Shown: positions 10,229-20,896 of the stretch, piece after piece | How the letters are laid out: each line of letters opens with the position of its first letter | How positions within the stretch are numbered: position 1 is the stretch's first letter | Source of the DNA: Phycisphaerales bacterium | GTDB taxonomy: Bacteria > Planctomycetota > Phycisphaerae > Phycisphaerales > UBA1924 | Assembly: GCA_028285065.1 (NCBI GenBank) | Contig: JANQQG010000086.1 | Location: 1-56,391, forward strand | Direction: 5' to 3' | Length of the DNA stretch: 56,391 bases | Notes under the pieces: generated by a model | What the model saw: the letters and a program-made list of their open reading frames with translations, nothing else | The model's database searches: none | What the model was told of the DNA's origin: nothing | Translations under genes and position numbers: made by a program

Positions 10229-10791
10229 ACAAGCCCGCACAAGCCGACGACCACCGAGTGGACCCGGAGAACGCCAGCAAGTACCTGACGTTCACGCTGG
10301 GCTCCGAGCACTACGGCGTCGAGATCCTGCGGATCCGCGAGATCATCGGCCTGCTCGACATCACCCCCATGCCGAACACGCCCGACTACATCAAGGGTGT
10401 GATCAACCTCCGCGGCAAGATCATCCCGGTGATCGACCTGCGCATGAAGTTCGCCCTCCATTGCACGGAGTTCACGGAGGAGACCTGCGTCATCGTTGTG
10501 GAGGTGACGAACAACGAGGCGGAGGAACGCTCGCTCATGGGCGTGATCGTTGACTCCGTGAGCGAGGTCGTCAGCATCGCCGAGACCTCGATCGAGCCCA
10601 CCCCGCGCTTCGGGGCGGCTGTCAGCGCGGACTTCATCCGTGGTCTCGGCAAGACCGAGATCTCCGGACAGGATCGCGTCCTCATCCTCCTCGACATCGA
10701 CCGCGCCGTCTCGGATCGCTCGGAGGACGTGCAGAACGACACCGGCCCGGCGTCGCTCAGCGTCGATGGCCTGGCATCCAAGGCCGCTTGA
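10225..10791 (+). CDS. cheW: chemotaxis coupling protein CheW
   Basis: Contains [24 protein letters not shown]...[22 protein letters not shown] overlap with the cheA stop. Confidence 0.92.
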   Translation: MNKPAQADDHRVDPENASKYLTFTLGSEHYGVEILRIREIIGLLDITPMPNTPDYIKGVINLRGKIIPVIDLRMKFALHCTEFTEETCVIVVEVTNNEAEERSLMGVIVDSVSEVVSIAETSIEPTPRFGAAVSADFIRGLGKTEISGQDRVLILLDIDRAVSDRSEDVQNDTGPASLSVDGLASKAA

Positions 10792-10864
10792 ACCGAACAC
10801 CGCACCCGACACGCCGCCAAACCCGACACACACACGCCGCGGCCAAGCCGCAACGGAGCACGAC

Positions 10865-13800
10865 ATGACCGCCTCCAACAACACCGACAAGGCCACCGTC
10901 AAGGACCAGAACGCCGTGCTCGAGGCGATGAACCGGTCATTCGCGATGATCGAGTTCGATCTTGACGGCACGATCCTCGACGCCAACCAGAACTTCCTGG
11001 ACGTCATGGGCTACCGGCTTGACGAGATCAAGGGCAAGCACCACAGCATGTTCGTCGATCGCGACTACGGCACGAGCCCCGAGTATCAGACCTTCTGGTC
11101 CGTGCTCAAGCGAGGCGAGTTCCAGTCCGGCGAGTTCGAGCGCCGGAACGCCAAGGGTGAGGCGGTGTGGATCCAGGCGGCCTACAGCCCCATCTGTGAC
11201 GAGTCGGGCAAGCCGTACAAGATCGTCAAGTGCGCGTCGGACATCACTGAGGAGAAGCTCAAGGCAGCCGACATGCGAGGCCAGGTCGAGGCCATCCGCA
11301 AGTCGCAGGCCGTCATCGAGTTCGATCTCGACGGGACCATCCTCGACGCCAATGAGGGGTTCCTCGAGACGATGGGGTACACGCTGGACGAGGTCCGCGG
11401 CAACCACCACAGCATGTTCGTTGATCACTCCTACGCCTCGAGCCCGGAGTACCGAGCGTTCTGGGCCTCGCTCAAGCGCGGCGAGTTCCAGACCGGCGAG
11501 TTCTCGCGGCTCGGCCGGGACGGGCGCCAGGTCTTCATCCAAGCCGCCTACACGCCGATCTTCGATGACTCGGGCGCGCCCTACAAGGTCGTGAAGATCG
11601 CGTCCGACGTGACCGCGCAGAAGGTCAAGGCGTCGGAGTTCCAGAGCCAGATCGAGGCGGTCCGGCGCACCCAACTCGTGATCGAGTTCGACCTCGCGGG
11701 CAACATCCTGACCGCAAACGATGCGTTCCTCCAGGGGATGGGCTACGGACTCGATGAGGTCAAGGGCAAGCACCACTCGATCTTCGTGCGCGAGCAAGAG
11801 CGCGAGTCCGCCGAGTACAAGATCTTCTGGGATCGGCTCGCCCAGGGAGACCACCAGACCGGCGAGTTCTGCCGCGTCACCTCCCAGGGTGCCGAGGTCT
11901 GGATCCAGGCCAACTACACCCCGGTGCGCGATCCCAACGGCAAGCCCTACAAGATCGTCAAGTTCGCATCTGACATCACCCAGAGCAAGATGACGGCTAC
12001 GTCGCATGAGGGACAGGTCGACGGCATCCGGCGCTCCCAGGCCGTGATCGAGTTCGACCTCGACGGCAAGATCCTCGAGGCCAACGAGTTGTTCCTCAGC
12101 ACGATGGGCTACCGCTCCGACGAGGTCGTGGGGCGCCACCACAGCATGTTCGTCGAACCCGAGTACGCCAACAGCAACGAGTACCGCGACTTCTGGGACG
12201 CCCTCCGACGGGGCGAGCACCAAGGTGGTGAGTTCGACAGGCTCGGCAAGGGCGGGAAGCAAGTCTGGATCCAGGCGACGTACACCCCGATCCTCGATCC
12301 CAACGGCAAGCCCTACAAGATCGTCAAGTTCGCGAGGGATACGACGGCGTACACGATCGAGGCCGCCGACTACCGCGGGCAGATCGCGGGCATCGGACGC
12401 ACGCAGGCCATCATCGAGTTCGATCTCGACGGGAAGATCCTCAAGGCGAACGAGCTCTTCTGCAACGCCATGGGCTACAGCGAGAGCGAGATCGTCGGCA
12501 AGCATCACAGCATGTTCGTCGAGACGTCGTACGGCGAGTCCGGCGAGTACCAGGCGTTCTGGGCCGCGCTCCGGCGCGGCGAGGGCAAGGCCGGCGAGTT
12601 CGAGCGCGTCGGCAACAACGGCAAGCAGGTCTTCATCCAGGCGTGCTACGCCCCGATCCTGGATCCCAAGGGCAAGCCGTACAAGGTCGTGAAGTTCGCG
12701 TCGGACATCACCGCCGGGAAGCTGGCCGCCGCTGAGGCGCTGAAGGCTCAGGAGATGATGCGCCAGATGCCGCTCAACGTCATGCTCGCCGACCCGAACG
12801 GCAAGCTGGCGTTCATGAACGACACGTCGGTGCGCACGCTCAAGGGCTTCGAACACCGACTGAGCACCCGGATCGACGATCTGATGGGTCGTGATCTTGA
12901 ACTCTTTGACGACGAGCCCGGCATGCTCGCGGACCTCGTCGCCGATCCCAAGCGCAATCTCCCCTCGAGCCTCGAGACGAAGATCGGTGGCGAGGACGTC
13001 ACCGTCCAGTTCGACAGCGTCTTCGGTGAGGGCGGGCACCTGATCGGGTGCATGGCGACGTGGCGCGTCATCACCACCCAGAAGAACCTCGAGCGCGAGG
13101 CCGAGGTGGCGCGACAGCGCGATCGAGAGCAGGCGGCCCAGCTCAAGAACCTGCTCGAGGAGGTCGGCTCGGGCGCAACGCAGATCGACATGGGCTCGCA
13201 GCAGATCGCACGGGCGAGCCAGTCGCTCTCCAACGGAGCGTCACAGCAGGCCTCGAGCCTGGAGCAGATCAGCGCCTCGTTGGAAGAGATGTCGAGCATG
13301 ACCGACCGGAACGCGGAGCACTGCCGCGAGGCGGCGTCGCTTTCCGGCGAGTGCAAGACCGCGGCAGATCGGGGCCAGTCCGAAATGTCCGAGATGACGA
13401 CCGCCATGTCGGAGATCCAGCAGTCGAGCTCGGAGATCTCGAAGATCATCAAGGTCATCGACGAGATCGCTTTCCAGACCAACCTGCTCGCGCTGAACGC
13501 CGCCGTCGAAGCGGCCCGTGCCGGCGAGGCGGGCAAGGGCTTCGCCGTCGTCGCTGAGGAGGTCCGCAACCTTGCCCAGCGCAGCGCTGAGGCGGCGAAG
13601 GACACCTCCACGATGATCGAGGATTCCGCCAAGCGCGCCGAGCACGGCGCCCAGATCAGCGAACAGGTCGAGCGGGCCCTCGAGGAGATCGTCTCGAGCA
13701 CGCAGAAAGTCAACTCCCTGGTCACGGAGATCTCCGCGTCTTCTCAGGAGCAGGCCCAGGGGATCTCCCAGATCAACTCGGGTGTGACGCAGCTCGACCA

Positions 13801-14071
13801 GGTCACGCAGCAGAACGCCGCCAACTCCGAGGAACTCGCGGCGAACGCACAGCAGACCGCGTCACAGATCAGCTCGCTCCAGGAGCTCGTCACCCAGTTC
13901 ACCGGCGACGACGCTCGGGCCGAGGCTCCTGCCCGCGCCTCCGCCGTCCGACCCAGCGGCGGCGCGAGAGGGCAGGCGGCGCCGGCGCGTTCTGCGCCCA
14001 CGCCCGATGACGCCGAATCCCCCGAGTCTCTCATTCCGTTCGAGGCCGACAACTCGCTGGAGTCGTTCTGA
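10865..14071 (+). CDS. soluble methyl-accepting chemotaxis protein with six PAS domains
   Basis: Start is the ATG at 10865 (MTASNNTD). Five near-identical PAS units (IEFDLDG.IL.AN..F...MGY...E..G.HHSMFV) plus one divergent PAS. MCP signalling hairpin reads [42 protein letters not shown]. No TM segment seen. Confidence 0.9.
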   Translation: MTASNNTDKATVKDQNAVLEAMNRSFAMIEFDLDGTILDANQNFLDVMGYRLDEIKGKHHSMFVDRDYGTSPEYQTFWSVLKRGEFQSGEFERRNAKGEAVWIQAAYSPICDESGKPYKIVKCASDITEEKLKAADMRGQVEAIRKSQAVIEFDLDGTILDANEGFLETMGYTLDEVRGNHHSMFVDHSYASSPEYRAFWASLKRGEFQTGEFSRLGRDGRQVFIQAAYTPIFDDSGAPYKVVKIASDVTAQKVKASEFQSQIEAVRRTQLVIEFDLAGNILTANDAFLQGMGYGLDEVKGKHHSIFVREQERESAEYKIFWDRLAQGDHQTGEFCRVTSQGAEVWIQANYTPVRDPNGKPYKIVKFASDITQSKMTATSHEGQVDGIRRSQAVIEFDLDGKILEANELFLSTMGYRSDEVVGRHHSMFVEPEYANSNEYRDFWDALRRGEHQGGEFDRLGKGGKQVWIQATYTPILDPNGKPYKIVKFARDTTAYTIEAADYRGQIAGIGRTQAIIEFDLDGKILKANELFCNAMGYSESEIVGKHHSMFVETSYGESGEYQAFWAALRRGEGKAGEFERVGNNGKQVFIQACYAPILDPKGKPYKVVKFASDITAGKLAAAEALKAQEMMRQMPLNVMLADPNGKLAFMNDTSVRTLKGFEHRLSTRIDDLMGRDLELFDDEPGMLADLVADPKRNLPSSLETKIGGEDVTVQFDSVFGEGGHLIGCMATWRVITTQKNLEREAEVARQRDREQAAQLKNLLEEVGSGATQIDMGSQQIARASQSLSNGASQQASSLEQISASLEEMSSMTDRNAEHCREAASLSGECKTAADRGQSEMSEMTTAMSEIQQSSSEISKIIKVIDEIAFQTNLLALNAAVEAARAGEAGKGFAVVAEEVRNLAQRSAEAAKDTSTMIEDSAKRAEHGAQISEQVERALEEIVSSTQKVNSLVTEISASSQEQAQGISQINSGVTQLDQVTQQNAANSEELAANAQQTASQISSLQELVTQFTGDDARAEAPARASAVRPSGGARGQAAPARSAPTPDDAESPESLIPFEADNSLESF
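10900..12780 (+). repeat. five in-phase tandem 366-bp coding repeats (PAS units) inside the MCP gene
   Basis: The ATC-GAG-TTC-GA(T/C) anchor recurs at 10949, 11315, 11681, 12047 and 12413. The spacing is exactly 366 bp (122 codons) each time. Confidence 0.9.
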
Positions 14072-14103
14072 GGCGAGCTGATCGCTCCGAAGAGGATTCG
14101 TTC

Positions 14104-14928
14104 ATGCACGAGGGCCTGACTGCATCTCAGTTCGATGCCATCGCGCGCGTCGCGCGCGAGCACTGGGGTCTCCACCTCACGGAGCAGAAGCGGACGCTCG
14201 TTTCTGGGCGGCTCGGCAAGCACCTTGCTCGCTCGCCGCATGGATCGGCCGAGGAGTTCTGCCGCGCCATCTCCGACCAGCCGAGTGCCGAGCTGCTCCA
14301 AGAGCTCTTCGAACTGCTCTCGACGAACACGACGTCGTTCTTCCGGGAGGACCATCACTTCGACTTCCTCGCCGACCAGGTCTATCCGGCCTTGTGCCGA
14401 TCGGGATCGAAGCGATTGCGGATCTGGTCCGCTGCTTGTTCGAACGGGTCGGAGGCCTACACGGCGGTGATGCACGCGATGGAACACATCCCTGGCATCT
14501 CGACGTGGGACTTCCGTGTCCTGGCGACCGACCTCTCTCCGAACGCGCTCGCCCAGGCCAGGGCCGGGACCTACCCGGCCGAGGCGATGGAGTCCGTCCC
14601 ACCGCGGTACTCCAAGTACTTCGAAGCAGGGGCCGACGGTCAACAGCGCATCGCCCAACCGGTCCGGGACCGGGTCGCGGTGCATGAGCTGAACCTCATG
14701 GGCAGATGGCCCATGCGGGGGCCGTTCGACGTCATTCTCCTCCGCAACGTGATGATCTACTTCGACTCCGAGACGCGCGCCGAGCTCGTGACACGGGCCG
14801 GCAGGCTCCTCTCACCAACCGGGGTGCTCATCGTGGGCAGCTCGGAGACCCTCACCGGCTCGGCCGCTGGGATGCGTTCACTGGCGCCGGCGATCTACTC
14901 GCCACAGACGCGGAGAGCCGCCGCATGA
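14104..14928 (+). CDS. cheR: chemotaxis protein methyltransferase CheR
   Basis: Contains TNTTSFFRE, RIWSAACSNGSEAYT (SAM-binding region) and FDVILLRNVMIYFD. Confidence 0.9.
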   Translation: MHEGLTASQFDAIARVAREHWGLHLTEQKRTLVSGRLGKHLARSPHGSAEEFCRAISDQPSAELLQELFELLSTNTTSFFREDHHFDFLADQVYPALCRSGSKRLRIWSAACSNGSEAYTAVMHAMEHIPGISTWDFRVLATDLSPNALAQARAGTYPAEAMESVPPRYSKYFEAGADGQQRIAQPVRDRVAVHELNLMGRWPMRGPFDVILLRNVMIYFDSETRAELVTRAGRLLSPTGVLIVGSSETLTGSAAGMRSLAPAIYSPQTRRAAA

Positions 14929-15494
14929 CTCCCTCAGGAACGAGGTCGATCAGCCAAACAAGTTGCCAGCCCCAGCCGAGGGTCACGATCGGCGTCGGGG
15001 AGCTCGCGGTCGACGACCGTCCGGGCGCGACGCTCGTCACCCACGCACTCGGGTCGTGTATCGGTCTGACGATCTATGACCCCGTCGCGCAGGTGTCGGG
15101 GATGCTCCACTTCATGCTCCCGGACGCCCGCGGCAGGGAAGAGAAGGCAAGCGATCAACCGGCCATGTACGGGACGACAGGGATCCCGCTGCTCTTCCGG
15201 TCCGCGTACGAGCTCGGGGCGGTGAAGGAGCGTCTGATCATCTGTGCAGCCGGCGGCGCCGAGGTCGTCCAGGGCCTCGATCAGTTCCGCGTCGGCGCCA
15301 AGAACCGCACCATCCTCAGGAAGCTGCTCTGGAAAAACAGCCTGGTCCTCGACGCGGAGGATACCGGCGAGAACTGCAGCCGCACGATGACACTTCAGGG
15401 GCAGGACGGCACGGTCTCGGTCCGTCGTCCAGACGGAACCCGAGCGCTGTGGGCGCCCGATCCCGGGCCTGGTCCAGAAAGGAGCGGTCCATGA
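14925..15494 (+). CDS. cheD: chemoreceptor glutamine deamidase CheD
   Basis: Contains TIGVGELAVDDRPGATLVTHALGSCIGLTIYDP...GMLHFMLPD. The internal ATG at 14925 overlaps the cheR stop (ATGA). Confidence 0.88.
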   Translation: MTPSGTRSISQTSCQPQPRVTIGVGELAVDDRPGATLVTHALGSCIGLTIYDPVAQVSGMLHFMLPDARGREEKASDQPAMYGTTGIPLLFRSAYELGAVKERLIICAAGGAEVVQGLDQFRVGAKNRTILRKLLWKNSLVLDAEDTGENCSRTMTLQGQDGTVSVRRPDGTRALWAPDPGPGPERSGP

Positions 15495-15870
15495 ATGGCT
15501 CGATCCTCATCGTCGACGACTCTCCGATCATGAGGAAGCTCGTCAGGAAGTCCGTCGAGATCGCCGGCTTCCCCGCCGAGACCCTCCGGGAGGCAGAGCA
15601 TGGCCTCGCCGCACTCGCATGCCTCGCGGAGGAACCGGCGGCGCTGATCCTCCTCGACCTGAACATGCCGATCCTGGACGGCGAGGGCTTCGCCCGCCAG
15701 CTCCTCGCCCGTGACGACATCCCGAGCGCCCCCATCATCGTCGTGAGCACCGAGTCGAATCGCGACCGGCTCGACCGGATGCGCGCGCTCGGTGCGATCG
15801 GCGTACTGCAGAAGCCGTTCGAGCCGGAGGAACTGGTGGAACTGGTCTCGAGCTTGAAGGAGCAGCTGTC

Positions 15871-15874
<4 letters not shown>
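15491..15874 (+). CDS. cheY: CheY-like single-domain response regulator
   Basis: Contains ILIVDDSPIMRKL, ILLDLNMPILDG and a conserved K in LQKPF. ATGA overlap with the cheD stop. Confidence 0.88.
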
Positions 15875-17387
<1,513 letters not shown>

Positions 17388-17422
17388 CGGGGCAGGTCGC
17401 CCCGGAACGCAAGGAGCACCCA

Positions 17423-17800
17423 ATGAAGCTGCTTATCGTCGACGACAGCAAGACCATGCGCCTCATCGTGATGCGCACGATCCGGCAGGCGGGACTCGGA
17501 GAGATCGAGATCGCGGAAGCCGAGAACGGGCAGGCGGGGCTCGAGAAGGCACGCGAGTGGCAGCCCGATCTCGTGCTGTGCGACTGGAACATGCCTGTCA
17601 TGAACGGCCCCGAGTTGCTCAAGGCGCTCCGCGCAGAGGGCTGCCCGGTCACCTTCGGGTTCGTTACATCGGAGTCGTCCCCCGAGTTCGCCAAGCAGGC
17701 CCGCGAGTCTGGCGCTCGCTTCCTGATCACCAAACCGTTCACCCCCGAGACGTTCAAGAAGACGCTCGAGCCCTTCTTCGAGCAGCGAGGTGCAGCATGA
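17423..17800 (+). CDS. cheY: CheY-like single-domain response regulator (second copy)
   Basis: AAGGAG lies 6 nt upstream of the ATG at 17423. Contains KLLIVDDSKTMR, VLCDWNMPVMNG and ITKPF. Confidence 0.9.
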   Translation: MKLLIVDDSKTMRLIVMRTIRQAGLGEIEIAEAENGQAGLEKAREWQPDLVLCDWNMPVMNGPELLKALRAEGCPVTFGFVTSESSPEFAKQARESGARFLITKPFTPETFKKTLEPFFEQRGAA

Positions 17801-18285
17801 GTACGACCTGGGACATGCCCACACCGGAGGCGTTCGAGGGGATGATGGCCGCACTGATCGGTGGCGAGGTCCAGATCAGCGCGTCGCGCCCGTTCCGCCC
17901 CGCCAAGGGGCAGAATGTCGTGGTCGCACACTTCGTCAAGCAGGACGACACCATCGGCGCGATCTGGTTCTGCGACCTCGCGTTCATCGCCATGTCCAGC
18001 GGCCGGATGCTGGGCCTGTCGAAGGACCAGGTCGCCACCGAGGCAGAGTGTGGCGAGTTGAGCGAACTGACCCGTGAATGCGGGCACGAGATCGCCAACG
18101 TCGGATCCCGCCTTTTCAACGACAGCGGCTCACCCCACCTCCGCCTGTCCAAGTTCGCGTGCGTTCCAATGGACGATCTTGGAACGCTCGAGAAGGGCTT
18201 GCTGCGTATGCCCAAGAAGCGTGCTGACTACACCATCAGCATCGCGGACTACGGAGAAGGCCACGTGTCGTTCCTCGCGGCCTGA
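17797..18285 (+). CDS. CheC/CheX-like protein (hypothetical)
   Basis: 162-aa ORF whose ATG overlaps the stop of the second cheY (ATGA). Contains HEIAN followed by exactly 22 residues then P (E-x2-N-x22-P). Confidence 0.55.
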   Translation: MSTTWDMPTPEAFEGMMAALIGGEVQISASRPFRPAKGQNVVVAHFVKQDDTIGAIWFCDLAFIAMSSGRMLGLSKDQVATEAECGELSELTRECGHEIANVGSRLFNDSGSPHLRLSKFACVPMDDLGTLEKGLLRMPKKRADYTISIADYGEGHVSFLAA

Positions 18286-18433
18286 CGAAGAAGAAGGAGG
18301 AGGAATGGGCTCGCGGGCAGGCTCTCCACGCTGAACGTCGGTCGTTTGCGGACCGAAGTCTGGGTAGCCCGCACTTTCGCCCGCGCGAGCGCAGCGAGAA
18401 CCTCCCGTCCCAGTTCTCAACCTCGGTTGCGGC

Positions 18434-19117
18434 TTACTCGTCTGCCCCAGCGATCGAACGGGCGACGCCGAAGAAGTCGTCTTGGAGCCGATCCGCAGCC
18501 GTGGGACCCGAGATCGTGGCGCGGACAAACCAGGTCTGATCGAGCGCCTCGTCGAACACGCCCGCGGCCAGCATGACGCCCGCGTCCGAGTCGATCCTGA
18601 CCTGGTACCCCTCGAAGCCCGGCGCTGAGAACTCGTCGAGCGTTGAACCCAGCTCACCATCGGTGATGGGCGCGAGTCCCATCTGGCCGCGCCAGCGGTT
18701 GACGTTCGCGAGCCGGCCTCCGACCTGACCGGGGAACCGTGTCATCGCGACCTCGACCTGCCCGCCTGGGTCCTCGACAAGGTAGGTCGCGAGCCGCATC
18801 CGTCTCGGCTCGGGATCAAACTGCCATCCCGCAGGGACCGTCCACGGCCACGAGTCGTCCTGCTCGGGCGCCTCTGAATCCGAGCCTGCATCGACCTTTG
18901 CGGTTGGTTGCTCCGCGGCGTCCGAGTCGGGCGTGTCGGGTACCGCCACCTGTCCTGCGTCCTCCGAGACGGCGGGTCCTTCCTCAGCTCCGCGCTCGCA
19001 TCCCGATTGACCCACGCACAGGGCGGCCAGGCCAAGCACGATGATGAGGTGCCGCGGTGCGCCGAGCAGCGACGTGCGACGTGCAGTGATGGGAGAATCA
19101 GCAGGTATCCTGGTCAT
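18434..19117 (-). CDS. secreted protein, possible lipoprotein; unknown function
   Basis: N-terminal signal-like segment HLIIVLGLAALCVGQSGC. This is followed by an acidic low-complexity linker and a globular C-terminal domain. Confidence 0.6.
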   Translation of the reverse strand: MTRIPADSPITARRTSLLGAPRHLIIVLGLAALCVGQSGCERGAEEGPAVSEDAGQVAVPDTPDSDAAEQPTAKVDAGSDSEAPEQDDSWPWTVPAGWQFDPEPRRMRLATYLVEDPGGQVEVAMTRFPGQVGGRLANVNRWRGQMGLAPITDGELGSTLDEFSAPGFEGYQVRIDSDAGVMLAAGVFDEALDQTWFVRATISGPTAADRLQDDFFGVARSIAGADE

Positions 19118-19220
19118 GTGGGTTCCTCGCGGCCATCGTACGCCGCATGCGACCGATGGTGTGTTTGCGGTGGTCGAGGAGGAGGGTCCCCCTCTTCCGC
19201 CTTCGCGCTCGAGTATTCAA

Positions 19221-19544
19221 GTGGCCAACGTCCTCTTCATCTGCGGCAAGAACAAGTGGCGGAGCCCGACGGCCGAGGAGACCTTCGCCGATCACCCCGG
19301 TGTCGAGTGCCTGTCGGCTGGTTTGAGCAACGACTCGGACACGCAGGTATCCGTCGAACTCGTGGAGTGGGCCGACCTCATCTTCGTGATGGAGGACGTG
19401 CACAAGACCAAGCTGACGGCGCGCTTCCGTGAGCACCTGCGTCAGCAACGCGTCGTCTGTCTTGGGATCCCGGATAGCTACAGGTTCATGGATCCGGAGT
19501 TGGTCGAGCTGCTTCGCAGACGTGTCACGCCGCACCTGGGCTGA
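19221..19544 (+). CDS. low-molecular-weight phosphotyrosine phosphatase-like protein (short form)
   Basis: C-x5-R-S P-loop in CGKNKWRS within VLFICGKNKWRSPTAE, plus WADLIFVME. The start is uncertain: GTG at 19221 sits just before the P-loop, while the ATG at 19116 would add 35 aa overlapping the neighbouring gene. Confidence 0.6.
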   Translation: MANVLFICGKNKWRSPTAEETFADHPGVECLSAGLSNDSDTQVSVELVEWADLIFVMEDVHKTKLTARFREHLRQQRVVCLGIPDSYRFMDPELVELLRRRVTPHLG

Positions 19545-19562
19545 TCGGGTGCGCGCCCGCCG

Positions 19563-20093
19563 TCAGCGCGGCGGCACCTCATCGGCGTACGACTCCAGGT
19601 GGATCGTTGGTTGTTCGCCCTGGCTGGCGAGACCGTAGCGATCGATGATTCTCGCGCAGGTGTTCCAGCGCAGCTCCGCGTCCTGGTTGTCACTGTCGAA
19701 GATCCGCTCGGCGCCCTCGTACGCCTCCATCGCCGCCACGAGGAAGTCGTGGACTGTGGTGCGGTCCCACTTGGCGGCGAGCAGGCCCTTGGCCCAGCGC
19801 TCGAGCATCACGCCCTTGTAGTAGAGCTGTGAGTACTCGTCGGGGAAGCGGGTGAGGAGTTGCTCGACTTCGTCCTTGCGCTCGCGGAGGCCGCTGGGGT
19901 CGCCGGCCATCGTGAACTGATCGGTGATGGCGAGGATGAGGGTCTTGATCGCCTCGGCGTCGTCGGGCCTGACCTCGAGCACGTCGCGGCAGATGCTCTC
20001 GGCGCACCGAGGCTCCTTGAGCAGCCGGTAGCGCTCCGCCTTCTGCAGCGCCCTGGGGATCGACTGGGCCTTGATCTTCTTCAGTTCGTGCAT
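19563..20093 (-). CDS. hypothetical helical protein
   Basis: 176 aa from the internal ATG at 20093 (MHELKKIKAQSIPRALQKAERYRLL). It lies 29 bp downstream of sdhB on the same strand. The upstream part of ORF 19563..20720 is out of frame over sdhB. Confidence 0.55.
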   Translation of the reverse strand: MHELKKIKAQSIPRALQKAERYRLLKEPRCAESICRDVLEVRPDDAEAIKTLILAITDQFTMAGDPSGLRERKDEVEQLLTRFPDEYSQLYYKGVMLERWAKGLLAAKWDRTTVHDFLVAAMEAYEGAERIFDSDNQDAELRWNTCARIIDRYGLASQGEQPTIHLESYADEVPPR

Positions 20094-20122
20094 GGTGGTC
20101 TCTCCCAGTGTGGGCGTGGCGA

Positions 20123-20896
20123 CTAGACGCGGCGCTTGGCCTTCGGCTTGGCGCGGAAGATCTTGAAGAGCTTCGTGAGCGGGTCGTAGAACTCGTCGTT
20201 GACCCGCTCCTTGAGCGGGATGATCGCGTTGTCGGTGATCGTGATGTGCTCCGGGCACACCTTTGTGCAGCACTTGGTGATGTTGCAGTACCCGATTGCG
20301 TTGTCGTCCTTGACCTGGCCGAGGCGTTCCTCGACGTCGAGCGGGTGCATATCGAGGGCCGCCTGGTAGACGAAGTGTCGTGGACCGGCGAACTCGTCGT
20401 GCTTGTGGTGCTCGCGGAGGACGTGGCAGACGTCCTGGCAGAGGAAGCACTCGATGCACTTGCGGAACTCCTGGACGCGCTCGACATCGGCCTGGTGCAT
20501 CCGCCAGGTGCCGTCCTCCGCGTCGGGTTTGCGGGGCTTGAACGGCTTGATCTTGCTCTTGACGCGGTAGTTCCAGGAGACGTCGGTTACGAGGTCGCGG
20601 ATCGAGGGGAAGGAGCGCATCGGTTCGACGGTGACGGGCCGGGTCATGTCGATGGTGTCGAGGCGGGTCATGCACATGAGTTTGGGTTTGCCGTTGATCT
20701 CGGCGGAGCATGAGCCGCACTTGCCGGCCTTGCAGTTCCAGCGGCAGGCGAGGTCGGAGGCGGACTCGGCCTGGATCTGATGGATCGCGTCGAGGACGAC
20801 CATGCCCTCAGTGACGGTGGTCGTGTAGTCCACGAACTTGCCCGTCTGGTGGTCGCCTCTGAAGACACGGAATGTCGCCTGGCGGCCCTCACCCAT
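20123..20896 (-). CDS. sdhB: succinate dehydrogenase / fumarate reductase iron-sulfur subunit
   Basis: Fe-S cluster motifs CRWNCKAGKCGSC, CIECFLCQDVC and CNITKCCTKVCP. The ATG at 20896 overlaps the sdhA stop (TGATG). Confidence 0.92.
   Translation of the reverse strand: MGEGRQATFRVFRGDHQTGKFVDYTTTVTEGMVVLDAIHQIQAESASDLACRWNCKAGKCGSCSAEINGKPKLMCMTRLDTIDMTRPVTVEPMRSFPSIRDLVTDVSWNYRVKSKIKPFKPRKPDAEDGTWRMHQADVERVQEFRKCIECFLCQDVCHVLREHHKHDEFAGPRHFVYQAALDMHPLDVEERLGQVKDDNAIGYCNITKCCTKVCPEHITITDNAIIPLKERVNDEFYDPLTKLFKIFRAKPKAKRRV

Noticed and set aside
10900-12780. Regular repeat periodicity that might suggest a CRISPR array or satellite. The same applies to 41050..42300.
   Set aside because: The periods are 366 bp and 126 bp, both multiples of 3. 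They are in frame inside long ORFs and encode PAS and TPR units. There are no short direct repeats with unique spacers, and no cas genes.
14054-14071. Possible C-terminal CheR-tethering pentapeptide on the MCP (ends ...NSLESF).
   Set aside because: The known NWETF-type motif has an aromatic residue at position 2, whereas here that position is Leu. The evidence is insufficient.
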